A stretch of 64,000 nucleotides of DNA from Tubulanus polymorphus (lineage: Eukaryota > Animalia > Nemertea), in the NCBI RefSeq assembly GCF_964204645.1, contig NC_134035.1, forward strand, positions 5,208,001 through 5,272,000, given 5' to 3'. Positions 49,601-62,516 of the stretch are shown in pieces. Both the position numbers and the translations under genes were made by a program. Under the pieces are notes generated by a model that was not told the origin of the DNA, made no database searches, and worked only from the letters and a program-made list of their open reading frames with translations. The first letter of the stretch is position 1, and every line of letters starts with the position of its first letter.

Positions 49601-52600
49601 TTTAGCCTTAAACCATTATTTCCAATTCATTCTTCCATGAAAACTCAACCCAGGCCAAAATTACGGTAGATGCTAATTATAGAGGTGCAACGACTGAACG
49701 ATCTGAAACCATCAGGTGCCAGCCTCTTCCGTTTGAATTCTAGCCACACTCGAGTTTGTCGAGTCTCACCTGTCGACCGTCTGATGTTTGAATACGAATG
49801 CGTTTTTCACTTGGATCTCTGACAATAGGTGTCACTTTAGTCGGCGGCTGAGATATCGTCCCTTCCTTCATCTGTGTGAGAACATAAACAGTTAAAATCA
49901 ATGCGAATCATTTATGAAATCATTCGAAAATATACCAGAAAATATGAATTCTAACTCAACGACCCAGTTCCATAGTTTTGTATCAAATCTGATCTGACCC
50001 AAACTGCTAAGTTTCAATTGCAGATGAACTTATATTTCCACAACTCTAGTAGATCTAGACTCATTTATGAACTCGTCTAGAAAGTATAACAGAACCGCCC
50101 ACCCTGGTTCCATCCTGGTTTGAGTTTTGAGTCAAGACTGACTCTTACTGCTAGGTATCAATTGCTGATGAACTAATTTCCACTTCCAGTCAAATCTAGC
50201 AAACAACTCAGGTCTAACAAATCTGACGATGTGGGTGGGTACAAATTAAGAACTAGAGCCAAAACTGGCTAATGGGTGCAAGACTAGAGCTTTACCTTCG
50301 GTGAAGTTGGTCGAATTTTATCTTGTTTCGCGAGTTCTGCAGTTTTACGTTTTTGATTCAACGTCGCGTGAACTTCGACTTTACGTTTGACTAATCTTTC
50401 CGCATCGCTCATCGATAGTTCTTCTTTATGCAACGTTTTCTTCTACGAGAGAATGAAAAAAAAAAAATCTTAATTTTCTCTCATCCACAGACAACCTGAT
50501 GGCATTTCAACACTAACATGATTAAAAACCCTCGCGGTGGGCAAGAATATAATCATTCTCAAAATTAGAAATCTTCTTTAATTATCCGTACTTTTAATGA
50601 TAATTCATGAAAATATCTCAGGTAGTGTCTGCAGCAGATCGCTGTTACTTTCCTGTCAACAACAACTATTCAACAATCTAATCATCTTTCCAGTCACAAC
50701 AATCAGACCCGCCAACGATAATATGATTTGTAACCATGGTTACAACGAATGCCGGCTCTCGTGGAGGTGATAATGAATTGTGAATAGCTTCATTACGCAG
50801 TTAATGAAACCGAACGCAAACAAGTCACGAATGTTATTAGTATTTCCTTGGAAAACAGAATTTCATCAATGACTTAAAGATACGTTAATACGATTTGATG
50901 TGCGTAAACAGCTATTCAAATGGCAGACGGATTTATTGCATTCAGACATTTGCAGAATTCGATTTAAACTATATCAACACATTTGAGTTGAACGTATATC
51001 CAAACCTTATGTAAAAGTAAAATCCCACAATAAATAAATTGATAGCTAAAAAGTTTATTGAAATATTAGAAATATTTCGTGTGGTTGCTACCACCCTTCT
51101 TCAGTCTAAAATGAAGGGTTTTTAGATTGAAGAAGGGTGGTAGCAACCACATGAAATGACAAGAGAAATCCCACAATAATGAAGCCAAGATTGAAAAATT
51201 CTATATCAGAATGATTATATTTGAGGAGCGATGTTTCGGCTAACTGTTAGCCATCATCAGGCGTACTGAGAATTTTTCAATCTTGGCTTCGTTATTGTGG
51301 GATTTCTCTCGTCATCATCATACACGGATATTGTGTATCTTCTCGTCTGACCACACGAAATATTTCTTTAATTTTATAATAAAACTTTTAGCCGTCAATT
51401 CATTGATTCTGGGATTCTACTCTTATCGTTTTATCACGGATATTGTGATCCACAACTGATTCACTTTATATAACCATTATTAAGACGGTCCCAGAAGGTT
51501 TTAATCACAAAATCCTCGGTTATCAATACATATTGAATACGAAACATTCAGAAGAGACTGAAAAAATATTGACATGCCTCTTCCTCAACAAGACAGAAAT
51601 TATTTATCAATTTGTTTGCGAAGGCAATAATCTTACTAATGAGTCTTATCAATATCCTCAACGAGTGGATAAAGTGACACTATTATCGCCTAGTAACAGT
51701 AACAACTATATCTGTTTATTGAAAGAAGAAACTTTCAATCTGATAACAATGATTTTAGCATGTCAATTGTCAATATCCGCAATGAAGTGACGTTCTATCT
51801 ATTTCTACACCTAATATCATTCATTTCATTTATTCCCCTATCCTAATATCATTGGTTTTATGTATACCTTGTATTTAATGCATGGTATGCGTAAGCATCT
51901 GCAACTCCGTACGTCCAGAACCTGTGAGCGTGATGTAATCCGAAGATGATGTGTGTTTACTATGACTTTCCGTCAAAGATCGTTAATCATTTAAGAAGAA
52001 AATAACGCCTACACACGGCTTACATGATCACCGGTAAAAAACATGAAAACATCACCACCCATCCCCCCCACCACCATACTAATATTGACACGCTTCTTCA
52101 TTAATCTAATTAAATGATGAAAAGGTCAGATGACACCTGCGTGTCCATGAACGCAGACTCGTCAACAATTCCCATGCAGAAGGCATGGATGAGTGGATGG
52201 CATGAAACTAATCATGATAATCAATATAGTTTGGAAACAATCCAGAACGTTTGGTGACCATTCATTACGAAAAAGCTACAAACATAGCCACCTCCTAAAT
52301 CTCCCGACGACATCAAATGATCAAAAATGTTTACAACAGATCAAATACCATTCAATGAATGAAAGAGTTTTTACCCATAAATATTACAAGTTATCGCACT
52401 ACAGGTGAATCTGTAGAGTAGATTTGTGATAGTGATAGTAATCAAATTTCTATAGCGCCCTTTCCACTGATACAATGTTCAACAGCGTTTTCCATTAAAT
52501 TGGTATTAAAGAGTAAATTTATAACTATGACTTTAAAATTAAAACAGATTCCAACGAAAGTCCTCTTATCTGATCAAAATTCTATTTTTTCACGCTTTCT

Positions 52601-55600
52601 TTTAATGGTTTTGCATCATGCACTAGTGATCGATATGTTCAGAAATAAAACACGTATTCATTACATACCTTGGCACCGGTGAGAATAGTTTTCATGGCTT
52701 CATCTTTTTTCCAGTCATCGTTCGGTAACGGATGAGACACTCGTCGATTTGTACCGTCATCTTTAGACGCCGTTTTCAACAATAAGATATCGACCACTTT
52801 CTGTACGAGTCGTTCACTACCGAATTCACCTTTTTAAGCATATAGAAGGAAAACAATATAGAAAAATTTCAAGCTCGTCACCGTAATCAAAACAACTGAA
52901 ATTGCAGTCTTCAGAGACAGATGGAATGATATCTCCTATGTTTGTTTACTATAGACCTAGACGATGCTGTTATAAAATGCCAATAATATTATGTACACAT
53001 TAATCAAAGCAATGAAGAAAGAGACTCACTGACATGATGTAAAAATTTTTTTATGAAAGGCATTTTCACAATTCGAGGGGTATTTGAGGGGCCAAGGGCT
53101 AAAACTTTGGGCCGGTTTATAGACTATTATCATCTTAGACTATCATATAGACAGACTATCATTATTAACCCAGAGGCTTACTCAAATCATTTTCAATTGA
53201 GTTAACCCCGGGGTAATAAAGATAATACCAGTCTTTAAAACCAGCCTCAGGGGCCAGTTGCATAGTCATGGCTTAGACTTAAGACCAGTCTAAGACCAAC
53301 TTTGTTCTATAGCCAATCTAACAATCTAAGACCAGTCTCAACATTTAAGACCACTTTTGGACTTAAGTCACTGCTGTGCAACTAGCCCCTGAATTTGAGG
53401 GTTTTTGTACCCTCAAAATCGAATTTTGTAATTTGAAGTTTTTTTTTGGGGATTTGAAGGGTTGTACAGAATTTACTCTGATGATTTTTTCGAGAGAGAA
53501 TTTTACCTGGAAAATGTTTCTGTACGAGTTTCTGAGCGATATCGAACACGTTGCTATTCAATGACGGATTCGATTCAAACTGCCACCAATAAACTGTCTC
53601 TTCTACTTTCTCTCCGTTCCATTCTAAACTCACTTGATGCCTACAAATTCAATTATACATTTTTTGGATGAAATATCTATTATTCATTTCGAAATTATAA
53701 ATCTTAATTCATAGATGCAGCATTACAGGAAATTTACTGACCCACTCACTGGGTACCTCCTTATACGACCTATACCAATTCAAACATTTTCAAAAAACTT
53801 TGCAATGAAAATACATGGACTTTTTAATACCTACTTTTCAGGTAGATTGTCATACTCATTTCCATCCCAGAAATGTTTGAATCCACACTGACATTTAGTG
53901 TCAACCGCCGGGGTGGACGTATAATCACCATTAATATACTGTACACTACCATCGTGTTTTACCAGACGAACTTCTTGGCTATAACCAAAATACCAACAAG
54001 AAATATTTATTATAGGGGCGAATATTATCTCAACCTCGGTGCTTGATTGACTAGAATTGACTTGACCCTTTTTTATAGACATACTTAAGCGGTATGCCGG
54101 TTATTCAACACAATGGGTGGAATTTTTTAAAATTTTCAAATATTATCCAGGGGCCAGTTGCTCAAAAGTTGGTTAGAGTTAACCAGTGGATAGTTGACAT
54201 AGTGACAATTGAAAAATCATTGTTTCTATGGTATTTATCCGCCGGTTATCTTTAACCAACTTTTGAGCAACTGGCCCCAGCACTTTTGGGTATTGATTAA
54301 TCAGCACTGAAAGGGTTAAAATTTTGAGTTTAAGTATTGCACTTACCCGTGGCACCATCCACATCGAGTCAATTTACACCTCGATAATTCAGGCTCCAAA
54401 CAATCGGTATCCGGGTTATAGTTACAAACCAAACCTTAAAACGGAGCAATTGATGAACACATGCGCGACTTCATGCGAAAATAGCATATCGATGATTCAC
54501 GCAAAGCTTTTGAATCGTGAACGTACCTTGAACGGGAAACGTGTAGACTTTATTCACGTCGAGTTTAGTGAAAGTTTTCACCGCCGTTTGGTAAAGATGG
54601 CCGTCGCGAACGAGCCAACTTTTGTCGATTTGAAATTCGGTGATGGCGCCGCACGTCAAACACCGGTATAAACGACCTTCGGACACTGACCTTTGCGTCG
54701 CGTCCAATACATCTTCGGGACTAGCGAAAACTATTCCTAAAATATGTAAATTTCCAATCAAATTCAATCACAGGCAGATGATTTTGAGGATTTAATTTTT
54801 CTATTCTAATATCAGCTACCGGTATTTCGTTATTGTTGTATTTTATAAACAACAAACCTGAACTCTTGAATAGATATTGATGCACGTCTGCGACTAGAGT
54901 TGGATGAACTTTATGCGTTTCCATGAAAACATCTTCCATCGCTCGAACTAACTTCTGTATATACCTATCCTGTTAAAATAAATATTCAGATCATCGAATC
55001 CTGCAATTTCATTCATAAATATAGGCCTACCATAAAAATTCACTTTTTGCAAATGATTTTTATAATGGTATTTGGTACATATTTAAATCAGTAACGAATT
55101 GAAATATTTTCAGACACATTTTATGTGAAATACGTATAAATGAAAAACTGTTTCAACCTGTAAACTCTTTTCACCAGCTATCACGCAATTATTGTCACCG
55201 TCAAATTGTACGTATCTTGTAAGCTGGTCGCCGGACAAACCCCAAACTTGCGGTAACATCCATTGCGGAAGTTTTGGAGGAGGCCGGCCTGAAAAAAAAT
55301 TTCCGAAACAAATTATCGGATGGTCATACAAAAGAGCTTTGTCAAAACCCAAGACCAGTTTGAAAAAGTTGAATAGTTTGAGCTTGAACTTTTTACATTA
55401 AACCTGGAACTCAATTTGATTTACTGAAACGAAATTGATTCCCGTATCATGCCATTTACCTTTGACTCCGACCAGGGGAATATAATGATTACGACCAGGA
55501 CTACTCCACGCTATACACAGCGGTTTATTCAATACACCGTCTTTATCCTGACACTCGGTCGGCTCAACGAGACCCGGTAGAAATAAACCTAAAGCAGAAA

Positions 55601-57117
55601 ACTGAATTGACAACATCTGCATTACGTGATTCTGTTAGTCCTGTTTCTTGTATGTAGAATTCAACACATTTTATTCTAAACACCTTGTCCTTTTCTCAAA
55701 TAAAGATAAGCAAATAGACAGAATTAACCTATGTTTTTTTTATCTTAAAATAGGGATTGTCCCTGTTATTTATTTGGTTGGTAATTTTCGTTTGATTTTT
55801 TGATTGAGTGTCCCTTACAGACCAACCACATCTGCCGGGAGTGAAACAGGGGGTTTGGTTTTGAAATCTGATATCGAAGTACAGATATAGTTGTGTGATC
55901 GGCGGTCGAGTTAACAAAAGTTTTTTGTTTAAATCGAAGTACATAATTGGGTAATTCGGTTCCGGTTCATTCAAACATTCTTCCATTCTTTTTTTATGTA
56001 TCAGTATGTTTATCATTTATTCATTACTAGCCTATCATGTAAATCCATTAAGAATTCATTGTTCTTCGATAAACTGTTTCGAATATTTGTTTTAAAAGAC
56101 CAACTAAAACAGTTTACTCAAATTGATTCTTTGAAAAAGACAAACTGCTACTTCTAAATCGCGAGTCAGACTAGCCACGAGTTTTTTCTAATCTATCTCT
56201 TCATAAAATAACGTTTAAACAAAGTTAAAAATTCTAAACTGAACGGTAAATTTGAAAAATCAGCACCTACCCGAATAATCGCCGAAGTTGCGCAAACCTT
56301 GCAACGAATCCAACAGAATAATCGGTCGTTTCAGTACATTCGCCAGTCCGAATATATGAATATTACGCAATCCCAACGGTTCGCCGTCCAACGGCAGGAA
56401 ATCTGGTTTACACTCGTTAATAATCGTCTTCCACTCGTCGACGTCGATGAAATCGCGGAACAATTCGCGGTAGTCGCGAATCCTCGCGTTGAAGTGGAAG
56501 AAGAGATTCTCGCGCAGCGGGTGCCAGAACAACTCGCGACCGACGAGCGCGCGCGATATCGCGTGCACGAGACAGTGTCCGTCGCTGTCCGCGTGGATCG
56601 GTATCAGCCGATCGTCGTCGTCGTTGTATTTACGAATCTCGTTGAGGATGTCGTTCAGGTACGCGTTCGCCGTGACGTCGCGCCCGAACCCGACCGTCGA
56701 CACGTGCTCGGCGTCGATCTGGAACGCCCGGTTGCCGAGAACGGCGCAATCGAACATCTCGCCCTGACCCATCTCGCGGAGTAATCGCGCTGTGCCCGTC
56801 TGTTTGTCGACGCCGTACGTCGTGAAGAACGGAGACAGAAGTTTACACTGATAATTCGACAATCCGAGAACTTTCACCGATTCGACGCCTTTCTTCGGTT
56901 TGGTATTACTGAGTAGGATATTACGTAACATGCTACCGAGAGCCACTTCTGGATTGGTTATTTGTTCAATGTTTCTAATCGCTGATTGGTCGTGTCTCTG
57001 ACCGCAACTCGTGCACACTATACTCTGTTCCCATACGGGGAAATATAGTCGTGTTTTGCAGTGTTCATCCGGACACAACCCGTACATGATTTTTGAGTTA
57101 TCTTTAGTGCGACCCAT
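46665..57117 (-). CDS. VCPIP1: Deubiquitinating protein VCPIP1 (VCIP135); multi-exon, first coding exon 57117-56271, last 46922-46665
   Basis: GLCPDEHCKTRLYFP, GLSNYQCKLLSP, OTU DGHCLVHAISRALVGRELFWHPLRE, LRNIHIFGLANVLKRPIILLDS, SSPGRNHYIPLVG, FPGEFGSE, UBX-like RVRYGFPP, ELCLEPHGHFP, GPGYTVL. Confidence 0.95.
48395..48700 (+). repeat. ~55-60-bp degenerate tandem repeat (CAGTAATCAAAGGGG...ACCCTCAGTAACATCTTTCA), 4-5 units; two inverted relatives at ~14850-14950
   Basis: Recurring CAGTAACATCTTTCA motif. Confidence 0.7.
51020..51450. mobile_element. Nested Penelope-like inverted remnants in a VCPIP1 intron
   Basis: Inverted pairs 51020-51085/51350-51420, 51081-51110/51121-51150 and 51157-51200/51270-51315; motif at 51224-51270 shared with 42430-42480. 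Confidence 0.55.
51066..51109 (-). ncRNA. Minimal type I hammerhead ribozyme motif (Penelope-associated type)
   Basis: Minus strand TTAGA-CTGAAGA-A-GGGTGGT(AGCA)ACCACAC-GAAA-TATT-TCTAA: stem I, core, stem II, GAAA, palindromic stem III, UH site. Confidence 0.6.
54151..54277. mobile_element. PIF/Harbinger-like MITE, best copy of a family also at ~456-520, 4502-4620, 40891-41001, 44636-44746, 45545-45630 and 62630-62768
   Basis: TIRs GGGCCAGTTGCTCAAAAGTTGGTTA / TAACCAACTTTTGAGCAACTGGCCC with 3-bp TSD CAG. Confidence 0.85.
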
Positions 57118-58140
57118 CTCGATGTCAATCACCAATCTGCTCTACAAAGACAATCAAAAATTAGTTTGTACCGTATATCAATTAATGTCTATTAAATCCT
57201 TCCCTTTAGACTGTTCCTGGCCTCACACTTGCTCACAGGCATAGGCCTACTCATTCCGGAATTCAGAGCTGGACTAGCGGTCGGAGTTAACGGATGAAGT
57301 AACTTTTCAATTCTCTTTTGTCCGCCAGTTGGGAATGGTTGACTAGTTTTAAGGGGTATTTGAATTCGATTAAACAGATTTTAAGATTGTCTACTTTTTT
57401 CTCCTTTTTTGACAGTGACCAGCCTTGGGCCTAATCAGTGTGAAGTAAGTGTTTTGATGGTTGGAGGTGCATTACTCTCCTGCTGCAACAGCATTCCTGA
57501 CTGACTCTAGTCGGTGCCAATCATCATCATCTAGTCAAGACTAAGTTGTCCCCCGTCCTCATCGCCATCGCATTGCTAGGCCATTGCCACAGGCACTTGA
57601 ACATGAGCTTTGATAATGGAGAAATATCTAATGAATCACTAGTGACCAGTGACATGTTATTCCTACTTCGATCATCTGCCGTGTTTTATAATAAATTTCT
57701 CCATGATGCAACGCATGCCACTCGTCTACCTATACTTTAATACAGAAAACGTTCCTATCTCTGTAATGCTTAAATCTAACTGCAAGTAGTATCCGCACAG
57801 CCGAACACTGCCGACGATTTTCAAAGTTGGTTCCGAGGTGTGAATTTTCATCCTGAAATACGGCGCCCGTAATTTCAATCTTAGATGATTTTTAGAAAAC
57901 ATTGACAATGTTTTAGCACCGTTTAAGATTAAAGCTGGCAACAAGATTGATTTTTTTAAAAATTTGCCGTAAGTATGACCACCAGATGGCGTGGCATGCA
58001 CCCTCTGCCATCGATACTTGTATGCAGACTTAAGCATTATGGAGATATAACAGCGTTTCCTGCCTTTCTGTATGGAGTCAGATAAACGAGGGGCGCACAT
58101 CGGATCTGGGTGGGTAAAACTGATGCATAATTATTACGAA

Positions 58141-58531
58141 GTGGCTACTCATACGGACCCGTACGAATAATTCCGTAGGCTATTCGTACGCACCCGTCGG
58201 ATAACTCTGGAATTATGTGTACGGGAAGGTATAGGGTTAGGGTAAGGTGAGGCTATATGTAGTTAAAACATTCGACCGACTGTCAGCGAGCTCGGTGGTC
58301 TAGTGGAATGATGCTGCGCTAGTAATTTACTAGCCCGGGTTCGAGTCTCGCTCGATCCGCTATTTTTCTCTAACTCTATTCTCCACACTTTTCTTGAATT
58401 TTCTAAGTCGTGCACCTCTGTACGCATGCGCGGAGTTAATCGGCCAATCAGCGACAGTTATTAGCGTACAGATCCTAGTTCCGTACGAATAGCCTCCAGA
58501 GTAATCCGTACGGGTCCGTACGAGTAGCCAC
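58141..58531. mobile_element. TIR element (~50-bp TIRs) carrying an internal tRNA-like Pol III cassette at ~58286-58367
   Basis: TIRs GTGGCTACTCRTACGGACCCGTACG...; A box GGTGGTCTAGTGG, B box GGTTCGAGTC, T run. Confidence 0.75.
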
Positions 58532-58818
58532 AGCGTAGGCCCTAATTATTAAGTTGGCGAACCTGGCTGGTGGTGATTTTTTACCGTAGATTACGGTAAA
58601 TTCAATCATTTTCAACACAACAACAAGGTCAAAGCCTGTCATATTCAATTCAAGTGCCTGTGCCATTGCTCTCTCTCTGCTGCTCGCTCCCCTCCACCGT
58701 CTCCACTCCAGCTCATCCTCCTTTTCATTCAGCTCAAAAACAGTGCTACTGTAGTACTACTGGGACTATTTGCATTTATTTGCTATTGACACCAAATAAC
58801 ATAGGTTTTCACCCATAC

Positions 58819-58975
58819 CTTTAAAAAAACTGTTTCGAAATTGGTAGAAAATTATTGTTTCAAAAGCTTCCAAATGACATTTCTTCTCTCAGGTTTCAGA
58901 ATTTCTTCATGGGTTTTTCGCAATATTTTTACTTCCGCATTTGGCCCGTTGTAACGCGGCCAGTGATTGGCTGAA
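58819..58975 (-). promoter_or_regulatory. Probable VCPIP1 promoter and non-coding first exon
   Basis: Minus strand CCAAT (~58965), ETS-like GCGGAAGT (58931-58938), donor AAAG|GTATGG (~58818), acceptor TTTGTAG at ~57141 upstream of the ATG. Confidence 0.5.
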
Positions 58976-59202
58976 TATCAACTTGTAAACAATCCAACTC
59001 AATTCAATTTACACATATATTGCTTCACTGAAATGAAAATATTACGCATGAATCTGAGATCCAAAAACTACTCTGTTCACAATTACAACCAAAAAATAAT
59101 CCATGAACTCAAATTTATTTGAATACAATATGAATGTACGGGTATGCGATAGTGACATCTAGGATTAGGTTAATACACAAAATGGCGGCTGCCTATCAGC
59201 AC

Positions 59203-59275
59203 GGTCCTGTGGCCCAATGGATAAGGCATCTGACTACGAATCAGGGGATTCCAGGTTCGAGTCCTGGCAGGATCG
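59203..59275 (+). tRNA. tRNA-Arg-ACG: tRNA-Arg, anticodon ACG
   Basis: 73-nt cloverleaf GGTCCTG...CAGGATCG, anticodon loop CT-ACG-AA, GTTCGAGTC T loop, downstream T6 terminator. Confidence 0.96.
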
Positions 59276-61658
59276 AAATATTTTTCATTTTTTCCCACTC
59301 GAATAAATCTAATTTCGTGACTAACAACTACACGTACAATAATCATAACTTAAACCTCTGAAATAGTCCATTCTGACTAATAAAAAAGAAACTAAGAAAA
59401 TACCACTTTGTTATAACATACAATTATAGATTTATTTTCTTGTAAATCTTTTGATTCTTTATCAACAATATATATTTCTGTACATTATCGTTTTTACAAA
59501 CTAATATGATAAGTAACTTAATCTCAGGGTATTTAATTCATTGCTTTGTTAAGTGTTACATACATGATCCTACTTTTTAATTTATGAGATTGTTATGTGC
59601 AAATACATTATCTTCAAAGTATCAAGGCACTACCACAGGACCATTACTTCACAGACTGTTGAGTTAAAATAAGTGGCTTACAAGTGATGTGAGAATATGA
59701 CACTCAAACTTGAACGTCATTAATTAGGGTAAAACTAAATTGTTGAACTCGACCAGTAGTTCAAATAAGTCTCTGACCGATGATCCATTTCCTCCAAGTT
59801 TTTAAACACATTGAATCTAAACTTTGATTTCATATGGCATTTTACATTGTACCGGTAGCGAAATTAACAAACTTGATATAAATTTTCTAAATAGACTAAA
59901 AACATTTACAAAACCGAATAATTGGGAAAACAGAATATATAGAACATTAAAACATGATTGGCTTTTAAAAGAGCAGTCCAGAGGGAGTTAGAAAGTTTGT
60001 TACCAGTCAGCACCAAAAACTCCAGATCCACATTACAAATATTAAGCATAATAATTCTAATCTCAGCGTTGCATTAAAAAACAAATATATTCAGTTATTT
60101 ACATTTTTATAATAGAAACTCAAATTTTTCAATCGACCAAGTTGAATTATATTCAGTTGCTTTCAAAGTGAAATAATCAAGAAAACATCGTATGATCTAG
60201 ATTGATGTAAAGTTTGTGGATCTCAGGCAAAGAAGTTCGATTCATTTAATTCATAGCGCAACAAGGAATGTTTTTTTGCACAGTTGGTCAAAATTCACAT
60301 TATACCCATTGTTGTCCAATAATCATCGTAATAATGAAACTAAATAAATGCAATTCAATAAAGAAACACCTATATCTATATTTTGGCAAGGCTTTTTATA
60401 AAGTACGTATGCTGAATTACCATCGATTTTTCAAACGGCCCCTACTACTGAAACACGAAATACGTCGATAAATTCTTCAGGGAGACGAAAATGGCGGCTG
60501 ATTTTATCGTTTTCTCAGGTTTGCTTACATACTTTATAGATAGCGCACGCACATGCATTCAATCTGATCTCAGTTACCCGTCAGATAAAGAAAAAAACCC
60601 GTAAAATAAATTGTGCTTTTTCTGGCTGGCAGTAGTCAACGCGTCAATGAAATCGCAGCCATCAGTCACGGCCATTTCGACGACACGTCAGCTTGAGAAA
60701 TGAAATGAAAACTTTCTTTTTTCAGAAATTCAACTAAATTCAGTCAACCGCACAGGAAGAATAATGAGCAGAAAATCTCGGACAACAAGTATAGTACACA
60801 TATACCGTACTCTAGCAAGAATTCGCGCAGATTGAGCAAAAACACTGACCGACAAAAAATGTCTACTCTATTATAAAGAGATTATGTACATGTACACGTA
60901 ATATAAAACATTATAATAACGAGTCAATACAGAAAAATACACTTCTCTAACATCACTATATAATGATAACAATGATTCACAGGACACTTTACGCACTACT
61001 ATTAGAAACAAGTAAGCTCTTTGACGTGTGTAAAAATGGATATCAAAAATTCTCATAAAACTATCAGTTCTTTTGGGGGTACTCATCATTCATCGATTAC
61101 AATATCTTAAGTTCCTCCTGAATCCTAAAATAAGTCTTTTCGAGGACAATTCTTCTGATTTCGTTTTTCAAAAACCTTCCATTTTATTTAAAAAAAAAAC
61201 ACCTCAATTGAGCCGTTCTTTTATGCATGTATTCTAAATCCGAATTTCAAATGTTAAAATCATCCTAGCGAATGAGCTGCCATTAATAAGACGTGTGCCG
61301 AAACTCGCAGTGGGCACACGCTCACGCGCACACATCATTTACGGTAATTAGCACACAAATTTACAAAGCACCAAATCAATAATGAAGTAACTATACATGA
61401 ATTTACAGTAATTGCCCTAATTTTCAATACCTCCGTACAAAATCACATCTATTTACAGCTAGTACGATTAATTCAGGGTTATTTCATTTTTTTAATGATA
61501 CATCTTTGGTGGGATAATGAACAGGTAATCCACGATAGTTTGCTGCTGTGCATATTGAATGCAAAAGTTGAAACTGTGTGTCTGGGAAAATTCCCCGAAT
61601 GATAAATGCGTTAGTTAATAAACATGTAAGATGCTAGGAAGGGGGAGGGGGTAATATA

Positions 61659-62516
61659 CTATAAGGGCGTCTCAATCGGATTAAAATCAGTTGTCGGTCG
61701 GTCGTGTAATTTTTTGGATGGATTATTCACGAATATATTTTTGCTGTCGTGACGGACAGGCGGTGGGGGCGGAGTCTCGACGTTATTCTGTTTCGCGAGC
61801 GCTGCGGTCGCCGCTGCTGCCACTTCGAAATTATTCAACTTTTCCTCGGTTCCCGCCAACATCGACACACTCTCCTGTAAAAACACGGATAAACATATTT
61901 CAACGACGTTTCATCAATCAAAATAAAAATGAAGAGGGTGCTACTTTCTGCCCATTTACAAATCCGCAGTTTTCCTGATATTTTCTATGTGATTACAACA
62001 AAATTTCAACCAAAGTGAATATGAGGATTTTCTAGATTTAGAATCTTACATTCTTATCATTCTTTATCAAATCACGTAATGATTAAGAAACGCATTGATT
62101 TTATTCTCTGATTTTTCCAGGTTTTTTGTAAAATTTGTCAAATTTCCAGTTTTCCCTGATTTTTCAGAAGCAGTTTACCTACCTCGTTTTTATGATATTT
62201 GAAGAGTCGCGATTTCCACGGTTTCGTTTTTTTCGCTTGTTTCTCGAGTCCGAGATCGATTGTTTCCGAGCTCGTTTTCGCGTACGTCGGATTCGAAAAC
62301 GTCAACGTCGTCGCGTCGTTATCGTACGGCACCGACGCCCCCTGGTGGTGGTGGTGGCACTTCCGTTTCCACAACACGATGCCGATTACGGAGACGATGA
62401 GAACGGAGAATAAAACGACTCCGAGGATTATATACGGAATGTGCACTTTATCGGAGAGTTCACCGACAGCATCGACCGGTTCACATAAACCAGACTCGCG
62501 CATCTCTTTACTACAT
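61659..62516 (-). CDS. Last two exons (62516-62183, 61874-61659) of an LDL-receptor-related protein, LRP4-like
   Basis: Transmembrane segment IPYIILGVVLFSVLIVSVIGIVLW, stop-transfer KRK, TLTFSNPTY (NPxY) resembling LRP4 LTYSNPSY; upstream exons lie outside the window or were not found. Confidence 0.7.

Noticed and set aside
56299-56784. Antisense ORFs over VCPIP1, SLCO and LRP exons
   Set aside because: Shadow ORFs of CG-rich coding sequence
58286-58361. Functional tRNA-Thr(AGT)
   Set aside because: Acceptor and anticodon stems do not pair and it lies within a TIR element
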